Assembly: GCA_020057505.1 (NCBI GenBank) | Contig: JAGVFQ010000032.1 | Span: 1 to 57,441 of the forward strand | Length of the DNA stretch: 57,441 bases | Origin: Patescibacteria group bacterium | Lineage (GTDB): Bacteria; Patescibacteriota; Patescibacteriia; JAGVFQ01 | Reading direction: 5' to 3' | Shown: positions 23,552-32,674 of the stretch, piece after piece | Layout of the letters: every line of letters begins with the position of its first letter | How positions within the stretch are numbered: the first letter of the stretch is position 1 | Made by a program: the position numbers and the translations under genes | The notes under the pieces: generated by a model | What the model saw: only the letters and a program-made list of their open reading frames with translations | Database searches by the model: none | What the model was told of the DNA's origin: nothing

Positions 23552-24616
23552 ATGAAACAAAAAAAATTTCTAATCATTTTTGCCGTTTTCGCGGTTTTAA
23601 TTCTTGCCGGTTTTAGCTGCGGCAAGAAAGAAGCCGCGCCCGCTAATGTTTCAACGGCGAAAATAGAGGAAAAAGCCAAAGAAGAAGTTATTAATCCTCT
23701 TAAATTGGAGTACACTCTTAAAAATGCCGGTCCCGGCGGCGAGGGCGCTATCACGTATTTTTTGGAAAGCAAAAAGAAGTGTGGTGATCGCGAGGCTTAT
23801 TTAGGTCTGGCCAAGGTTGATATGCAAGGCCAATCTCAATACGCCAAGGTAACTATTTATGCTGATAACGGCGAAATGGCGACGAGCCGCTGGAACAATG
23901 AAGAAGCGATGGCTTTTGATGATTCGGTTTCTATTTCCAATGATATGAATATTCCGCTCGCGATTAATGACATTTTTAATGCCGCTGGAAAGAATTTCAA
24001 CTCGCCGGAATATTGGCAGATTAATGTGCCGACGGTTTTAAAGGATGTGGTAAGTGGCCGCTCCAAGGGCAATTATTCCGTCATACCACAGGGCGAAGAT
24101 AATACTGCCATCGTGCCCTGCACGAAGTTTAAAATAGTCGCGAAGACCACGACGATGGACGGCTATTTCAACGCTTGCGTCGCCTCAAAGATTAATAATA
24201 TTAGTTTGTCGTTTATAGTTTCTATGGCGTTCCAAAATAATCAAGGGCCGAGCTGGCAGTTAAAAAGCTTCACTAGCGAAAAATCAGGCCTTGCCTGGAT
24301 TCCTCAATGTTTGGAACCAGTGAAATGCGCTTTTATACCTCAGCCGGAACAGGCCGAAAGAAGCGCCTGCGAAGCCGGGGGCAAGGCGAGAATTGAAACC
24401 GAAACCGATGACAAAGGCTGTGTGATTAAATACAAATGCATGGCTGAACTTGATCAGGTAAAAGACGCGCTTAATCGCACTCAACGGCCGGGCTGCAGTA
24501 TTAATCAAACAGTATTGAACAAATACTTCGCTTGCCGCAAAAACAATCAGCCCAATTTTGAACCGACCAAATACGACGAAGGCGGTTGTCTTTTGGATAT
24601 TAATTGCCGGCAATAA
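23552..24616 (+). CDS. Lipoprotein of unknown function, Cys-rich C-terminus
   Basis: Signal peptide with lipobox LAGFSC. No family recognised. Confidence 0.5.
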   Translation: MKQKKFLIIFAVFAVLILAGFSCGKKEAAPANVSTAKIEEKAKEEVINPLKLEYTLKNAGPGGEGAITYFLESKKKCGDREAYLGLAKVDMQGQSQYAKVTIYADNGEMATSRWNNEEAMAFDDSVSISNDMNIPLAINDIFNAAGKNFNSPEYWQINVPTVLKDVVSGRSKGNYSVIPQGEDNTAIVPCTKFKIVAKTTTMDGYFNACVASKINNISLSFIVSMAFQNNQGPSWQLKSFTSEKSGLAWIPQCLEPVKCAFIPQPEQAERSACEAGGKARIETETDDKGCVIKYKCMAELDQVKDALNRTQRPGCSINQTVLNKYFACRKNNQPNFEPTKYDEGGCLLDINCRQ

Positions 24617-24643
24617 AATTATTTTGTTTCGCGGCAATTTTCT

Positions 24644-25435
24644 ATGAAAATTAATATCTCAAACAGGCAAAATCAAAAAATTGTTGTTGTAATCAACCAA
24701 GATCCGGATGACAAAGGTCTGGCTTTTGTCATGCACGGATTGGGCGGATTCAAAGAACAGCCGCATATCGAAATAATGGTCCAAGCCTTAAGAGAAGCGG
24801 GTTACGCGGTAGTCAGATTTGACGCGACTAATTCTTTCGGTGAAAGCGAGGGTAATTACGAAGATGCCACAGTGACTAATTATTACCATGATTTGGAAGA
24901 TGTGATCGTCTGGGCTGGTAGTCAGAGCTTTTACTGGGAACCATTTATTTTGGCCGGTCATAGCATTGGCGGCCTTTGCACGGCACTTTATGCCGAAAAG
25001 CATCCGGAAAAAGTGAAAGCGCTTGCGCCGATTTCCACTGTGGTGAGCGGCCGACTTAGTATGGAAGCGCATAAGAAGCACGATCCCGAGGGCTTTGCCA
25101 AATATCGCGAAACTGGTTGGGATATTAAGCCCTCTACTTCGAAGCCGGGTGTAATTAAAAAATTAAAATGGTCTCACGTTGAAGATCGCCTTAAATATGA
25201 TTTGTTGCCAGAAGTTAAAAAATTAACTATGCCGGTGTTGCTTATCGTTGGGGAGAAAGATTACGTCGTGCCAGTCGACAATCAGCAGATTTTGTTTCAA
25301 GCTTTGCCAGGTCCGAAAGAATTGCATATAATCAAAAGCGCGCCTCATACTTTCAAAAATTCGGAACATTTGGCAGAATTAAGGCAAATTTTCGATGATT
25401 GGCTCACGAAATATGGAAAAACAAATTATAATTAA
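24644..25435 (+). CDS. Alpha/beta hydrolase
   Basis: Nucleophile elbow GHSIGG. HGLGG oxyanion region. A C-terminal His lies in the SAPHTF context. Confidence 0.75.
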   Translation: MKINISNRQNQKIVVVINQDPDDKGLAFVMHGLGGFKEQPHIEIMVQALREAGYAVVRFDATNSFGESEGNYEDATVTNYYHDLEDVIVWAGSQSFYWEPFILAGHSIGGLCTALYAEKHPEKVKALAPISTVVSGRLSMEAHKKHDPEGFAKYRETGWDIKPSTSKPGVIKKLKWSHVEDRLKYDLLPEVKKLTMPVLLIVGEKDYVVPVDNQQILFQALPGPKELHIIKSAPHTFKNSEHLAELRQIFDDWLTKYGKTNYN

Positions 25436-26255
25436 ATTACACAAAAATTTTGAAGATTGCTCTCATGAAAAAAATGGAGTGGAATTTTGGTATGCCAGAG
25501 AATTACAAGAACTTCTCGGCTATGATCAGTGGAGAAATTTTGAGAGCGTAATAGAAAAAGCAAAAATCGCTTGTGTTAACGCAAAACAAAAGGTTTCTGA
25601 CCATTTTGCTGACATTAGCAAAATGGTTGATATAGGATCAGGAGCTCAAAAATCAATTACAGACACTATGCTTACCCGCTATGCCTGTTATCTTATTGCT
25701 CAAAATGGTGATCCGCGAAAAGATGAAATTGCCTTTGCCATGACATATTTTGCGGTCCAAACTCGTAAACAGGAAGTAGTGGAGCAACGGCTGGCAGAGT
25801 GGGATCGTCTACGCGCCAGAGAAAAACTTTCCTTCTCCGAAAAAACATTATCGGGAATTTTATTTGAACGTGGCGTCGATGGTCAAGGGTTCGCGCGCAT
25901 CAGAAGTAAGGGCGATTCGGCATTGTTTGGCGGACATACTACGCAAGAAATGAAAGACCGGCTCGGCGTGCCCGAAAATCGTCCGTTGGCGGATTTTCTG
26001 CCAGGAGTTACAATTAAAGCCAAGGATTTGGCCAATGAAATTACCAGTTTTAATGTAAAAAAAGACCAATCATTAAAAGGCGAGATGCCGATTACTTCCG
26101 AGCATGTAAAAAATAATCAAAATATGCGCGATTTGCTGGCCAAAAGCGGAATTTTTCCGGATGCCCTGCCGCCAGGAGAAGATACAAAAAAACTAAGACG
26201 GAAATTAAAATCAGAAGATAAGAAGTTACCCAAAAGTGTCAAAAAATTAAAATAA
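25413..26255 (+). CDS. dinD: DNA damage-inducible protein D-like (DinD family)
   Basis: KNGVEFWYARELQELLGYDQWRNFESVIEKAK...LTRYACYLIAQNGDPRK is the typical DinD N-terminal region. The ATG at 25413 is preferred. Confidence 0.7.
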   Translation: MEKQIIIKLHKNFEDCSHEKNGVEFWYARELQELLGYDQWRNFESVIEKAKIACVNAKQKVSDHFADISKMVDIGSGAQKSITDTMLTRYACYLIAQNGDPRKDEIAFAMTYFAVQTRKQEVVEQRLAEWDRLRAREKLSFSEKTLSGILFERGVDGQGFARIRSKGDSALFGGHTTQEMKDRLGVPENRPLADFLPGVTIKAKDLANEITSFNVKKDQSLKGEMPITSEHVKNNQNMRDLLAKSGIFPDALPPGEDTKKLRRKLKSEDKKLPKSVKKLK

Positions 26256-26307
26256 AAACCCCCATCTAAAATATTTTTTTAGTATTTAATTATTAATTAA
26301 ATAATTT

Positions 26308-27072
26308 ATGTTCTACACAATTTTAACCGTCGTTATTGTTTTAATTTTGGCCAGTTTGCGCCAGATTAATCAATACGAGAGAGGATTGAAATTTACCATG
26401 GGCCGATTCACGAGTATTATGAATCCGGGCTGGCGTTTGATTATTCCAATTTTCCAGTCTTATCGCAAAGTTGATATCCGCGTGAAAGCGGTTGACGTGC
26501 CGGATCAAAAAGCGATTACGCGAGATAATGTGTCCGTGACGGTTAACGCGGTAATTTATTATAAAGTGGCGGCGGCGGAAAAAGCGATTATTGAAGTGGA
26601 AGATTTTCGTTATGCTATTTCCCAATACGCCCAAACGACAATGAGGAATATCGTGGGCGAAGTTACTCTCGATGAATTGTTGGGTAATCGCGACAAAATT
26701 GCTGAACGCATCAGAGAGATTGTGGAAAAAGAAACTGATGCTTGGGGTTTGAAAGTGAATAATGTCGAGCTAAAAGATATTAGTTTACCCTCGGATATGG
26801 AACGCACTATCGCGAAGCAAGCTGAAGCGGAGAGAGAAAAGCGCGCGGTAATAATCAATTCCGAAGGCGAGCTCGCGGCGGCCGGCAATATGGCCAAAGC
26901 GGCGGAAATTCTGTCAGCCACACCGGGCGCTCTGCACTTACGAACTTTGCAATCAATTAATGACGTTTCATCGGATCAATCCAATACTATTGTCTTTACT
27001 ATTCCGCTTGAGGTGATGCAAGCTTATATGGGTTATAAAAACGAGAAAAAATATAATCCCGCTAGTTTATGA
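26308..27072 (+). CDS. SPFH/band 7 (stomatin-prohibitin-like) membrane protein
   Basis: N-terminal TM helix followed by the SPFH core (VDIRVKAVDVPDQKAITRDNVSVTVNAVIYYKV) and an AEAEREKRA coiled region. Confidence 0.85.
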   Translation: MFYTILTVVIVLILASLRQINQYERGLKFTMGRFTSIMNPGWRLIIPIFQSYRKVDIRVKAVDVPDQKAITRDNVSVTVNAVIYYKVAAAEKAIIEVEDFRYAISQYAQTTMRNIVGEVTLDELLGNRDKIAERIREIVEKETDAWGLKVNNVELKDISLPSDMERTIAKQAEAEREKRAVIINSEGELAAAGNMAKAAEILSATPGALHLRTLQSINDVSSDQSNTIVFTIPLEVMQAYMGYKNEKKYNPASL

Positions 27073-28016
27073 AAAAAATTGGCCTTATTATTTTAGGATT
27101 AATTATAATGGCTTTGGCCGCAGTAATTGGCGCCAGGCTTTTAACGCCTGAAGACAATTGGATTTGCGCCAATGGCGAATGGGCAAAACACGGCAACCCG
27201 ACTGCGGACAAACCGATTATTCCTTGTTCGCTCGTAGTCAATCAACAGGTTAACGAAGCAGTTAATCAAAATATTTCAACCAATCAAGCGGTGGAAAATG
27301 AAAATGCCAAAATTATTATTGATAGCCCTAAAGTTAACGATTTAATTTCTAATCCGTTAGAAATCAGCGGTCGGGCGCGCGGCACTTGGTATTTTGAAGC
27401 CAGTTTTCCAATTAAGCTTCTGGATGAAAATAAAAAAATTATTGCGACGACCACGGGCCAAGCAGAGAGCAGTTGGATGACTGAAGATTTTGTGCCGTTC
27501 AAAGCCGAGATGAGTTTTACGAGCGACAAAGATCAGAACGGCGCGCTGGCTTTTATGAATGACAATCCCTCCGGCTTGCAGGAGAATCAAGAACTTTATG
27601 AACTTCCGGTGAGAATACCAAAGACCGAGACCACAACTGTTCAAGTATTTTTTAATAATAATAAATTGGATCCGGAAGTTTCCTGTAATAAAGTTTTTCC
27701 GGTCACGCGAACAGTGCCAAAAACTGTGGCCGTGGCACGAGCGGCGATTGAGGAGTTGCTAAAAGGAGTGACAGCGGAGGATGCGAAGGCCGGTTATTTC
27801 ACTAATGTTAATTCCGGAGTGAAGATCAATAGTTTAACAATTGAAAATGGCGTGGCCAAAATTGATTTTAATGAAACTCTGCAATCGGCAGTCGGCGGTT
27901 CCTGCCGAGTGGCGGCGATTCGGGCGCAAATTATTGAAACTTTAAAGCAGTTTTCAACCATAAAAAGCGTCATTATTTCGATTAACGGCCGCACCGAGGA
28001 TATTCTGCAGCCGTAG
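27069..28016 (+). CDS. Membrane-anchored Gmad2 (Ig-like) + GerMN domain protein
   Basis: ISNPLEISGRARGTWYFEASFPIKLLD is Gmad2-like. VQVFFNN...VFPVTRTVP...ARAAIEELLKG is GerMN-like. There is a 4-nt ATGA overlap with the SPFH gene. Confidence 0.65.
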   Translation: MKKIGLIILGLIIMALAAVIGARLLTPEDNWICANGEWAKHGNPTADKPIIPCSLVVNQQVNEAVNQNISTNQAVENENAKIIIDSPKVNDLISNPLEISGRARGTWYFEASFPIKLLDENKKIIATTTGQAESSWMTEDFVPFKAEMSFTSDKDQNGALAFMNDNPSGLQENQELYELPVRIPKTETTTVQVFFNNNKLDPEVSCNKVFPVTRTVPKTVAVARAAIEELLKGVTAEDAKAGYFTNVNSGVKINSLTIENGVAKIDFNETLQSAVGGSCRVAAIRAQIIETLKQFSTIKSVIISINGRTEDILQP

Positions 28017-28132
28017 AATTTATGTAACGGATAGAGTTCTCCGCTGTATATTTATATAGAAAAATCAATCTTAATTAAGCCCTTTTAAAAGTCGAGAGCT
28101 TATAAATATACTTAATTATTAATTTAAAATTT

Positions 28133-28723
28133 ATGAAATTTCAAAAAATAGCTATCGGTTTAACGGCTGGCGCTTTACTTATGAGTATGTTGCCGGCTTT
28201 GGCGGAAGATAATAACACCAATACTGCTGTGGAACAGAAGGCGCCGGAAGTTAAAACAGCCAAGCAGTGCGTGAAGACGGCTAATGTGGCTTATTCGGGT
28301 GCTTTAAAATTGGCGTCAAAAGATTACCAAGCAGCTTATAAAAAAGCGAAAGAAGATTATCAAGCGGCGAGAAAGACGGCCGGCCAAACTTACAAAAATA
28401 CGGTTGAAAAAGCCCATGTTGATTACAAAACCGCAAGAGATGCTAATAAGGGGGATAAGGGCAAGAAGAGTGAATTATGGAAAGCCTATTCCGATATTAA
28501 AAAAGCCAACAATGATACTCGCAATGTTTCATTGAAAACCGCGAGAGATGCTTTTTTAGCAGCCCAAAAAACCGCCCGAGACGCTTATCAAGCGGCCAGA
28601 GTAAAAGCCAAAGCTGATTTTGCCGGCGCCAAGGCGGCTTGCAAGGCAGCGCAGACAACTGCAACTAACGCCAATACCAATACAGCGGTCAATACCAATG
28701 TAAATACCAATTCCGGCTATTAG
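28133..28723 (+). CDS. Secreted Lys/Ala-rich repeat protein
   Basis: Signal peptide, then repeated KxDYQAA(Y/R)K-type helical motifs. Confidence 0.5.
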   Translation: MKFQKIAIGLTAGALLMSMLPALAEDNNTNTAVEQKAPEVKTAKQCVKTANVAYSGALKLASKDYQAAYKKAKEDYQAARKTAGQTYKNTVEKAHVDYKTARDANKGDKGKKSELWKAYSDIKKANNDTRNVSLKTARDAFLAAQKTARDAYQAARVKAKADFAGAKAACKAAQTTATNANTNTAVNTNVNTNSGY

Positions 28724-28750
28724 ATTAAGATTTTGAGAGAATACAAAAAT

Positions 28751-28779
28751 AATCTCCCCACTTGAGGGAGATTATTTTG
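28751..28779 (+). terminator. Intrinsic terminator
   Basis: AATCTCCC / GGGAGATT stem followed by ATTTTG. Confidence 0.6.
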
Positions 28780-28833
28780 TTAATTTATTGATAATTTGGT
28801 ATAATTATTTAAGAAAGTATTGTATCAATAAAA

Positions 28834-29451
28834 ATGCCCAAAAAGAAAAATAAGGCGCCTTTGCGCCGCAAAAAGGCGTCAATTTTAAACGAAAAAAGGA
28901 TGATTGCTATTAGCTCGATAGTATTATTGTTCTTTGTTTTGATTTTATTTTTAATTTTAGAAATAGCAAACCTCCCGATCTCAAAAGAGAAGGTCCAAAC
29001 GCCGGTAAATGTTGCCAAGCAGATAACTTACTCGAATTTTACGCTGCCGGATGGGTTCTTGGTGGATTATCCGAGCGATTGGCAAAAAATAGATAAAGGT
29101 TTGGAAACCGGATTTTTGCTCGCGATGATTGACAATAACGGAGCGCAAGTCGGTATAATTAAAGGTAATTTTAATGAAAAAAATAATTTGAGCCAAATAC
29201 TGGAAGAAAAAGTCAATAATTATAACCAGCTCGGGCCGGTGGCTGTGCTTAAAAAAGAAATCAACAACAATGACGGGTCGATTGAATTCACTGTTGGGGT
29301 TTCCAATAGGCCTCTGCATTCTTCGGTTAAAGCTGTTTTAAATCAAGAAAGAAATGAAATTTATTTTGTGATGGTAAGCGCGCCGGTTGATCAGTATAAT
29401 GATTATAAAGAGATTATTCAACATATTATTAATTCAATAAAATTAGATTAA
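28834..29451 (+). CDS. Membrane-anchored hypothetical protein
   Basis: Basic N-terminus, one TM helix and an extracytoplasmic domain. No family recognised. Confidence 0.45.
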   Translation: MPKKKNKAPLRRKKASILNEKRMIAISSIVLLFFVLILFLILEIANLPISKEKVQTPVNVAKQITYSNFTLPDGFLVDYPSDWQKIDKGLETGFLLAMIDNNGAQVGIIKGNFNEKNNLSQILEEKVNNYNQLGPVAVLKKEINNNDGSIEFTVGVSNRPLHSSVKAVLNQERNEIYFVMVSAPVDQYNDYKEIIQHIINSIKLD

Positions 29452-29519
29452 ACAATTTTTTTGTCGCCCTTCGACTAGGCTCGGGGTGACAATTAAATTT
29501 TATTTTAAATATATAAAAT

Positions 29520-30518
29520 ATGCCAAAGATTTACGATGTAATAACTATCGGCGGAGCGACGAGAGACATCATGTTCTATACTGACGAGGCTACCGTTATG
29601 CCAAATCCCGTAGAAGACGTGACGCGGCAGAATCTGGTTTGTTTTGAATTTGGCGCGAAGATTAGCATTGAAGGAAGTTATTTTACTTTGGGCGGCGGCG
29701 GCAATAATGCCGCAGTGGCTTTTTCGCGTTTGGGTATGAAAACAGCCGCGGCCTTGGCGATAGGCGATGATGATAACGGCCGAGCGGTAATGGAAAATTT
29801 GAAAAAGAAAAAAGTGGATACCAAATTTGTTCAGAAGATTAAAAATAAAAAAACGGGTTTTTCTTTTATTCTCACTCTTGAGAAAGAAAGAGAACGGACG
29901 ATTTTTTTTTACCGCGGAGTCAATGAAGAATTACGAATTACGAATTACGAATTACGAAGTTTTAAATCAAAATGGTTTTATGTTTCTTCTTTGTCTAATA
30001 AAAATTGGCGGGATATTTTAAATAAAGTTTTAGACCGAGGTAAGCTGGCTTGGAATCCCGGAATAAACCAGATTAAGGCCGGCAAGAAAGGTTTGATTGA
30101 ATTTATGGCGCATACGGAAGTTTTGCTGATTAATAAAGACGAAGCGATAGAATTGGTTTTGTCTGACGAGAAATACAAAAATAAATCAGCTGATTTTCTG
30201 AATCAACCCCGAAATTTGCTTTTAGCCCTTTCAGAATGGGGGCCGAAGATAACGGTCGTGACTGATGGCGGAAATGGAGCTTATGTTTATGATGGAAAAA
30301 TTGTTTATTATTCGCCAGCAGCGAGCGTGGATAAGAAAATTGTTGATCGCACGGGCGTTGGCGATGCTTTTGGCGCGAGCTTCACGGCGGGGCTAGAAAT
30401 TTACAAAGGCGATATTCAAAAATCTCTGCGATTGGCTTTGGTTAATAGCGCTTCCGTGACGACCGAAATTGGCGCGCAAAACAGATTGTTAACACTTAAA
30501 GAAGCGGAAAAAAATTAG
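29520..30518 (+). CDS. PfkB-family carbohydrate kinase (ribokinase-like)
   Basis: GGGGNNAA di-Gly region near the N-terminus and C-terminal DRTGVGDAFGASF (the PfkB signature 2 region). Confidence 0.8.
   Translation: MPKIYDVITIGGATRDIMFYTDEATVMPNPVEDVTRQNLVCFEFGAKISIEGSYFTLGGGGNNAAVAFSRLGMKTAAALAIGDDDNGRAVMENLKKKKVDTKFVQKIKNKKTGFSFILTLEKERERTIFFYRGVNEELRITNYELRSFKSKWFYVSSLSNKNWRDILNKVLDRGKLAWNPGINQIKAGKKGLIEFMAHTEVLLINKDEAIELVLSDEKYKNKSADFLNQPRNLLLALSEWGPKITVVTDGGNGAYVYDGKIVYYSPAASVDKKIVDRTGVGDAFGASFTAGLEIYKGDIQKSLRLALVNSASVTTEIGAQNRLLTLKEAEKN
29928..29958 (+). repeat. Heptanucleotide tandem repeat (GAATTAC) about 4.4 copies inside the pfkB-family CDS
   Basis: gaattac gaattac gaattac gaattac gaag, translated as ELRITNYELR. 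Confidence 0.9.
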
Positions 30519-30536
30519 TAATTTACACGAAAATTT

Positions 30537-31112
30537 ATGATTAAAATTCCCATTGAAGTTTCGGCTAGGCATATTCACTTAACTCAAGCCGATTTGGAAA
30601 CGCTTTTTGGCAAGGGCTATGAATTGACCGCGGAGAAAGCCTTGTCACAGACTGGCCAATTCGCGGCGCGCGAAATATTGACTATTAAAACCGAAAAGGG
30701 GGAGTTTAATAAAGTAAGAATTGTCGGCCCGGTACGCAATTACAGCCAAGTGGAAATTTCCAAAACTGATGCTTTAAAACTCGGTTTGAACCCGCCCTTG
30801 CGAGTTTCCGGCGGCGCTGAGGGTTCACCCGGCATAACAATTATTGAACCTGAAGGACAAAAAATAGAATTAAAAGAAGGTGTGATTATCGCCCAGCGCC
30901 ATGTTCATGCCAGTCCCGAGGATGCCGCCCAATATGGATTGAAAAACGGCCAAATTTTTTCCGTGAAAATTGCGGGCGAGCGCGGCCTTACTTTTGACAA
31001 CGTAGCGGTTCGCATCGATCCGACTTATGTTTGGGCAATGCATATTGATACTGACGAAGGCAATGCGGTGGGCATCGGCCGAGAGCAGATCTTCGGCGAG
31101 GTGTTGATTTAA
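30537..31112 (+). CDS. pduL: PduL-type phosphate acyltransferase
   Basis: IPIEVSARHIHL and a second IAQRHVHASPEDA half-site; the two-repeat architecture is typical of PduL. Confidence 0.8.
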   Translation: MIKIPIEVSARHIHLTQADLETLFGKGYELTAEKALSQTGQFAAREILTIKTEKGEFNKVRIVGPVRNYSQVEISKTDALKLGLNPPLRVSGGAEGSPGITIIEPEGQKIELKEGVIIAQRHVHASPEDAAQYGLKNGQIFSVKIAGERGLTFDNVAVRIDPTYVWAMHIDTDEGNAVGIGREQIFGEVLI

Positions 31113-31151
31113 TTCGTAGGGAACAAAGATTTTTGTTCCTTACAAAATTTT

Positions 31152-32303
31152 ATGTATATTTTAGTTATCAATTCCGGCAGCGCGACGTTAAAATTTAAAA
31201 TTTTTAACACGGAAAGTTTGTGTGAAACTATTTGGGGTATTGTTGAGAGAATCAATCTTAAGGGTTCTTTTTTAGTTATAGAAAATAAAACCGGAAAATC
31301 AAAATTTAATTATTCCAAAGGTATTAAAAACCACGCTGAAGCCTTGAAGATTGTTCTTAGTAAATTGGCAGATTCTAATATTAAACTTTCCGCTATTAAA
31401 GCTATCGGCCATCGCGTGGTGCACGGCGGAGAGGAATTTACGCGGCCGACTTTAATCACTAAAAACGTTTTAAAGAAATTGGAAAAATATAATCAGCTGG
31501 CGCCTCTGCATAATCCGGTAAATATCATGGGAATTAAGGCTTGTTTGAAAGCATTGCCCGGTATCAAAAATATTGCGGTTTTTGATACGGCCTATTATCG
31601 CACTATTCCTGATTATGCTTTTATTTATCCTTTGCCTTTAAAGTTCTATACTAAGCATAAAATTCGGCGCTACGGCTTTCATGGTATTTCACATCAATAC
31701 GTTGCTGGGGAAGCGGCTAAAAAATTAAAAAGGCCTTTAAACAAATTAAAAATAATTTCATGCCACTTGGGTAGCGGCGCTTCGGTCACTGCGACAAAGT
31801 TTGGCAAAGCGATTGATACGAGTATGGGGTTTACGCCGCTTGAAGGATTAATGATGTCGACACGTACTGGCGACTTGGATCCAGCTATTCCATTATATTT
31901 GATTAAAACATTGAAATTTAATCCGGAGAAAGTTGATGAAATTTTGAATAAAAAATCAGGATTTTTAGGTTTGACGGGCACGATGGACATGCGTGAAGTA
32001 TTAGCCCTGGCAGGTTATAAAGTGGCAGGATTCAGACAAGACACAAGACACAAGAGACAAGAGACAAGAGCGCGTTTAGCCTTAAATATATTTGTTTATC
32101 GAGTGCAAAAATATATCGGCGCTTATGCCGCAGCCATGGGTGGAGTTAATGTGCTGGTTTTTACCGGCGGGATAGGGGAGCGGAGCGAGATAGTGAGAAA
32201 ATTAATCTTGAAAGATTTGAAATTTTTAGGTAAATTTAAAACCTTGGTTATTCCTGCCAATGAGGAGCTGATGATTGCTAGAGAAATTAGTCGCAAGTTG
32301 TAA
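31152..32303 (+). CDS. ackA: Acetate kinase
   Basis: ILVINSGSATLKF, HRVVHGG, CHLGSGAS, and a C-terminal PANEELMIARE. Confidence 0.9.
   Translation: MYILVINSGSATLKFKIFNTESLCETIWGIVERINLKGSFLVIENKTGKSKFNYSKGIKNHAEALKIVLSKLADSNIKLSAIKAIGHRVVHGGEEFTRPTLITKNVLKKLEKYNQLAPLHNPVNIMGIKACLKALPGIKNIAVFDTAYYRTIPDYAFIYPLPLKFYTKHKIRRYGFHGISHQYVAGEAAKKLKRPLNKLKIISCHLGSGASVTATKFGKAIDTSMGFTPLEGLMMSTRTGDLDPAIPLYLIKTLKFNPEKVDEILNKKSGFLGLTGTMDMREVLALAGYKVAGFRQDTRHKRQETRARLALNIFVYRVQKYIGAYAAAMGGVNVLVFTGGIGERSEIVRKLILKDLKFLGKFKTLVIPANEELMIAREISRKL
32033..32069 (+). repeat. Heptanucleotide tandem repeat (ASACAAG) x5 inside ackA
   Basis: agacaag acacaag acacaag agacaag agacaag ag, translated as RQDTRHKRQETR. Confidence 0.9.
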
Positions 32304-32365
32304 TAATGAGAATGCTAAATAAAAATAATTTTTGCGTTGAATTCAATTTCTAACATCTAACACCT

Positions 32366-32638
32366 ATGGACAATAAAACTTTAGCAGAAAAACAAAATTT
32401 AAAACTGGAAATTTTGGAAAAGATAGCCGATCTCGTGACCGTCGGTTTGGGATTAGTGGCGGCTTTGGCTTGGAATGACGCCATTCAAGAATTATTTAAA
32501 ACAATTTTTGGCACGCAATCGACATTATTGGCGAAATTTTTGTATGCGGCGATTATTACTGTTATAATTGTATATATCACTATTAAATTAGGAAGAGTGA
32601 TTAATAAAGTAAAAGAACAAATTGGTAGAAATAAGTAA
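32366..32638 (+). CDS. Small two-TM membrane protein (DUF5654-like)
   Basis: LVTVGLGLVAALAWNDAIQELFKTIFG pattern, recalled from memory and not verified. Confidence 0.45.
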   Translation: MDNKTLAEKQNLKLEILEKIADLVTVGLGLVAALAWNDAIQELFKTIFGTQSTLLAKFLYAAIITVIIVYITIKLGRVINKVKEQIGRNK

Positions 32639-32674
32639 ATACAGAATTAAGTAAATTAATAACAAATATAAAAT

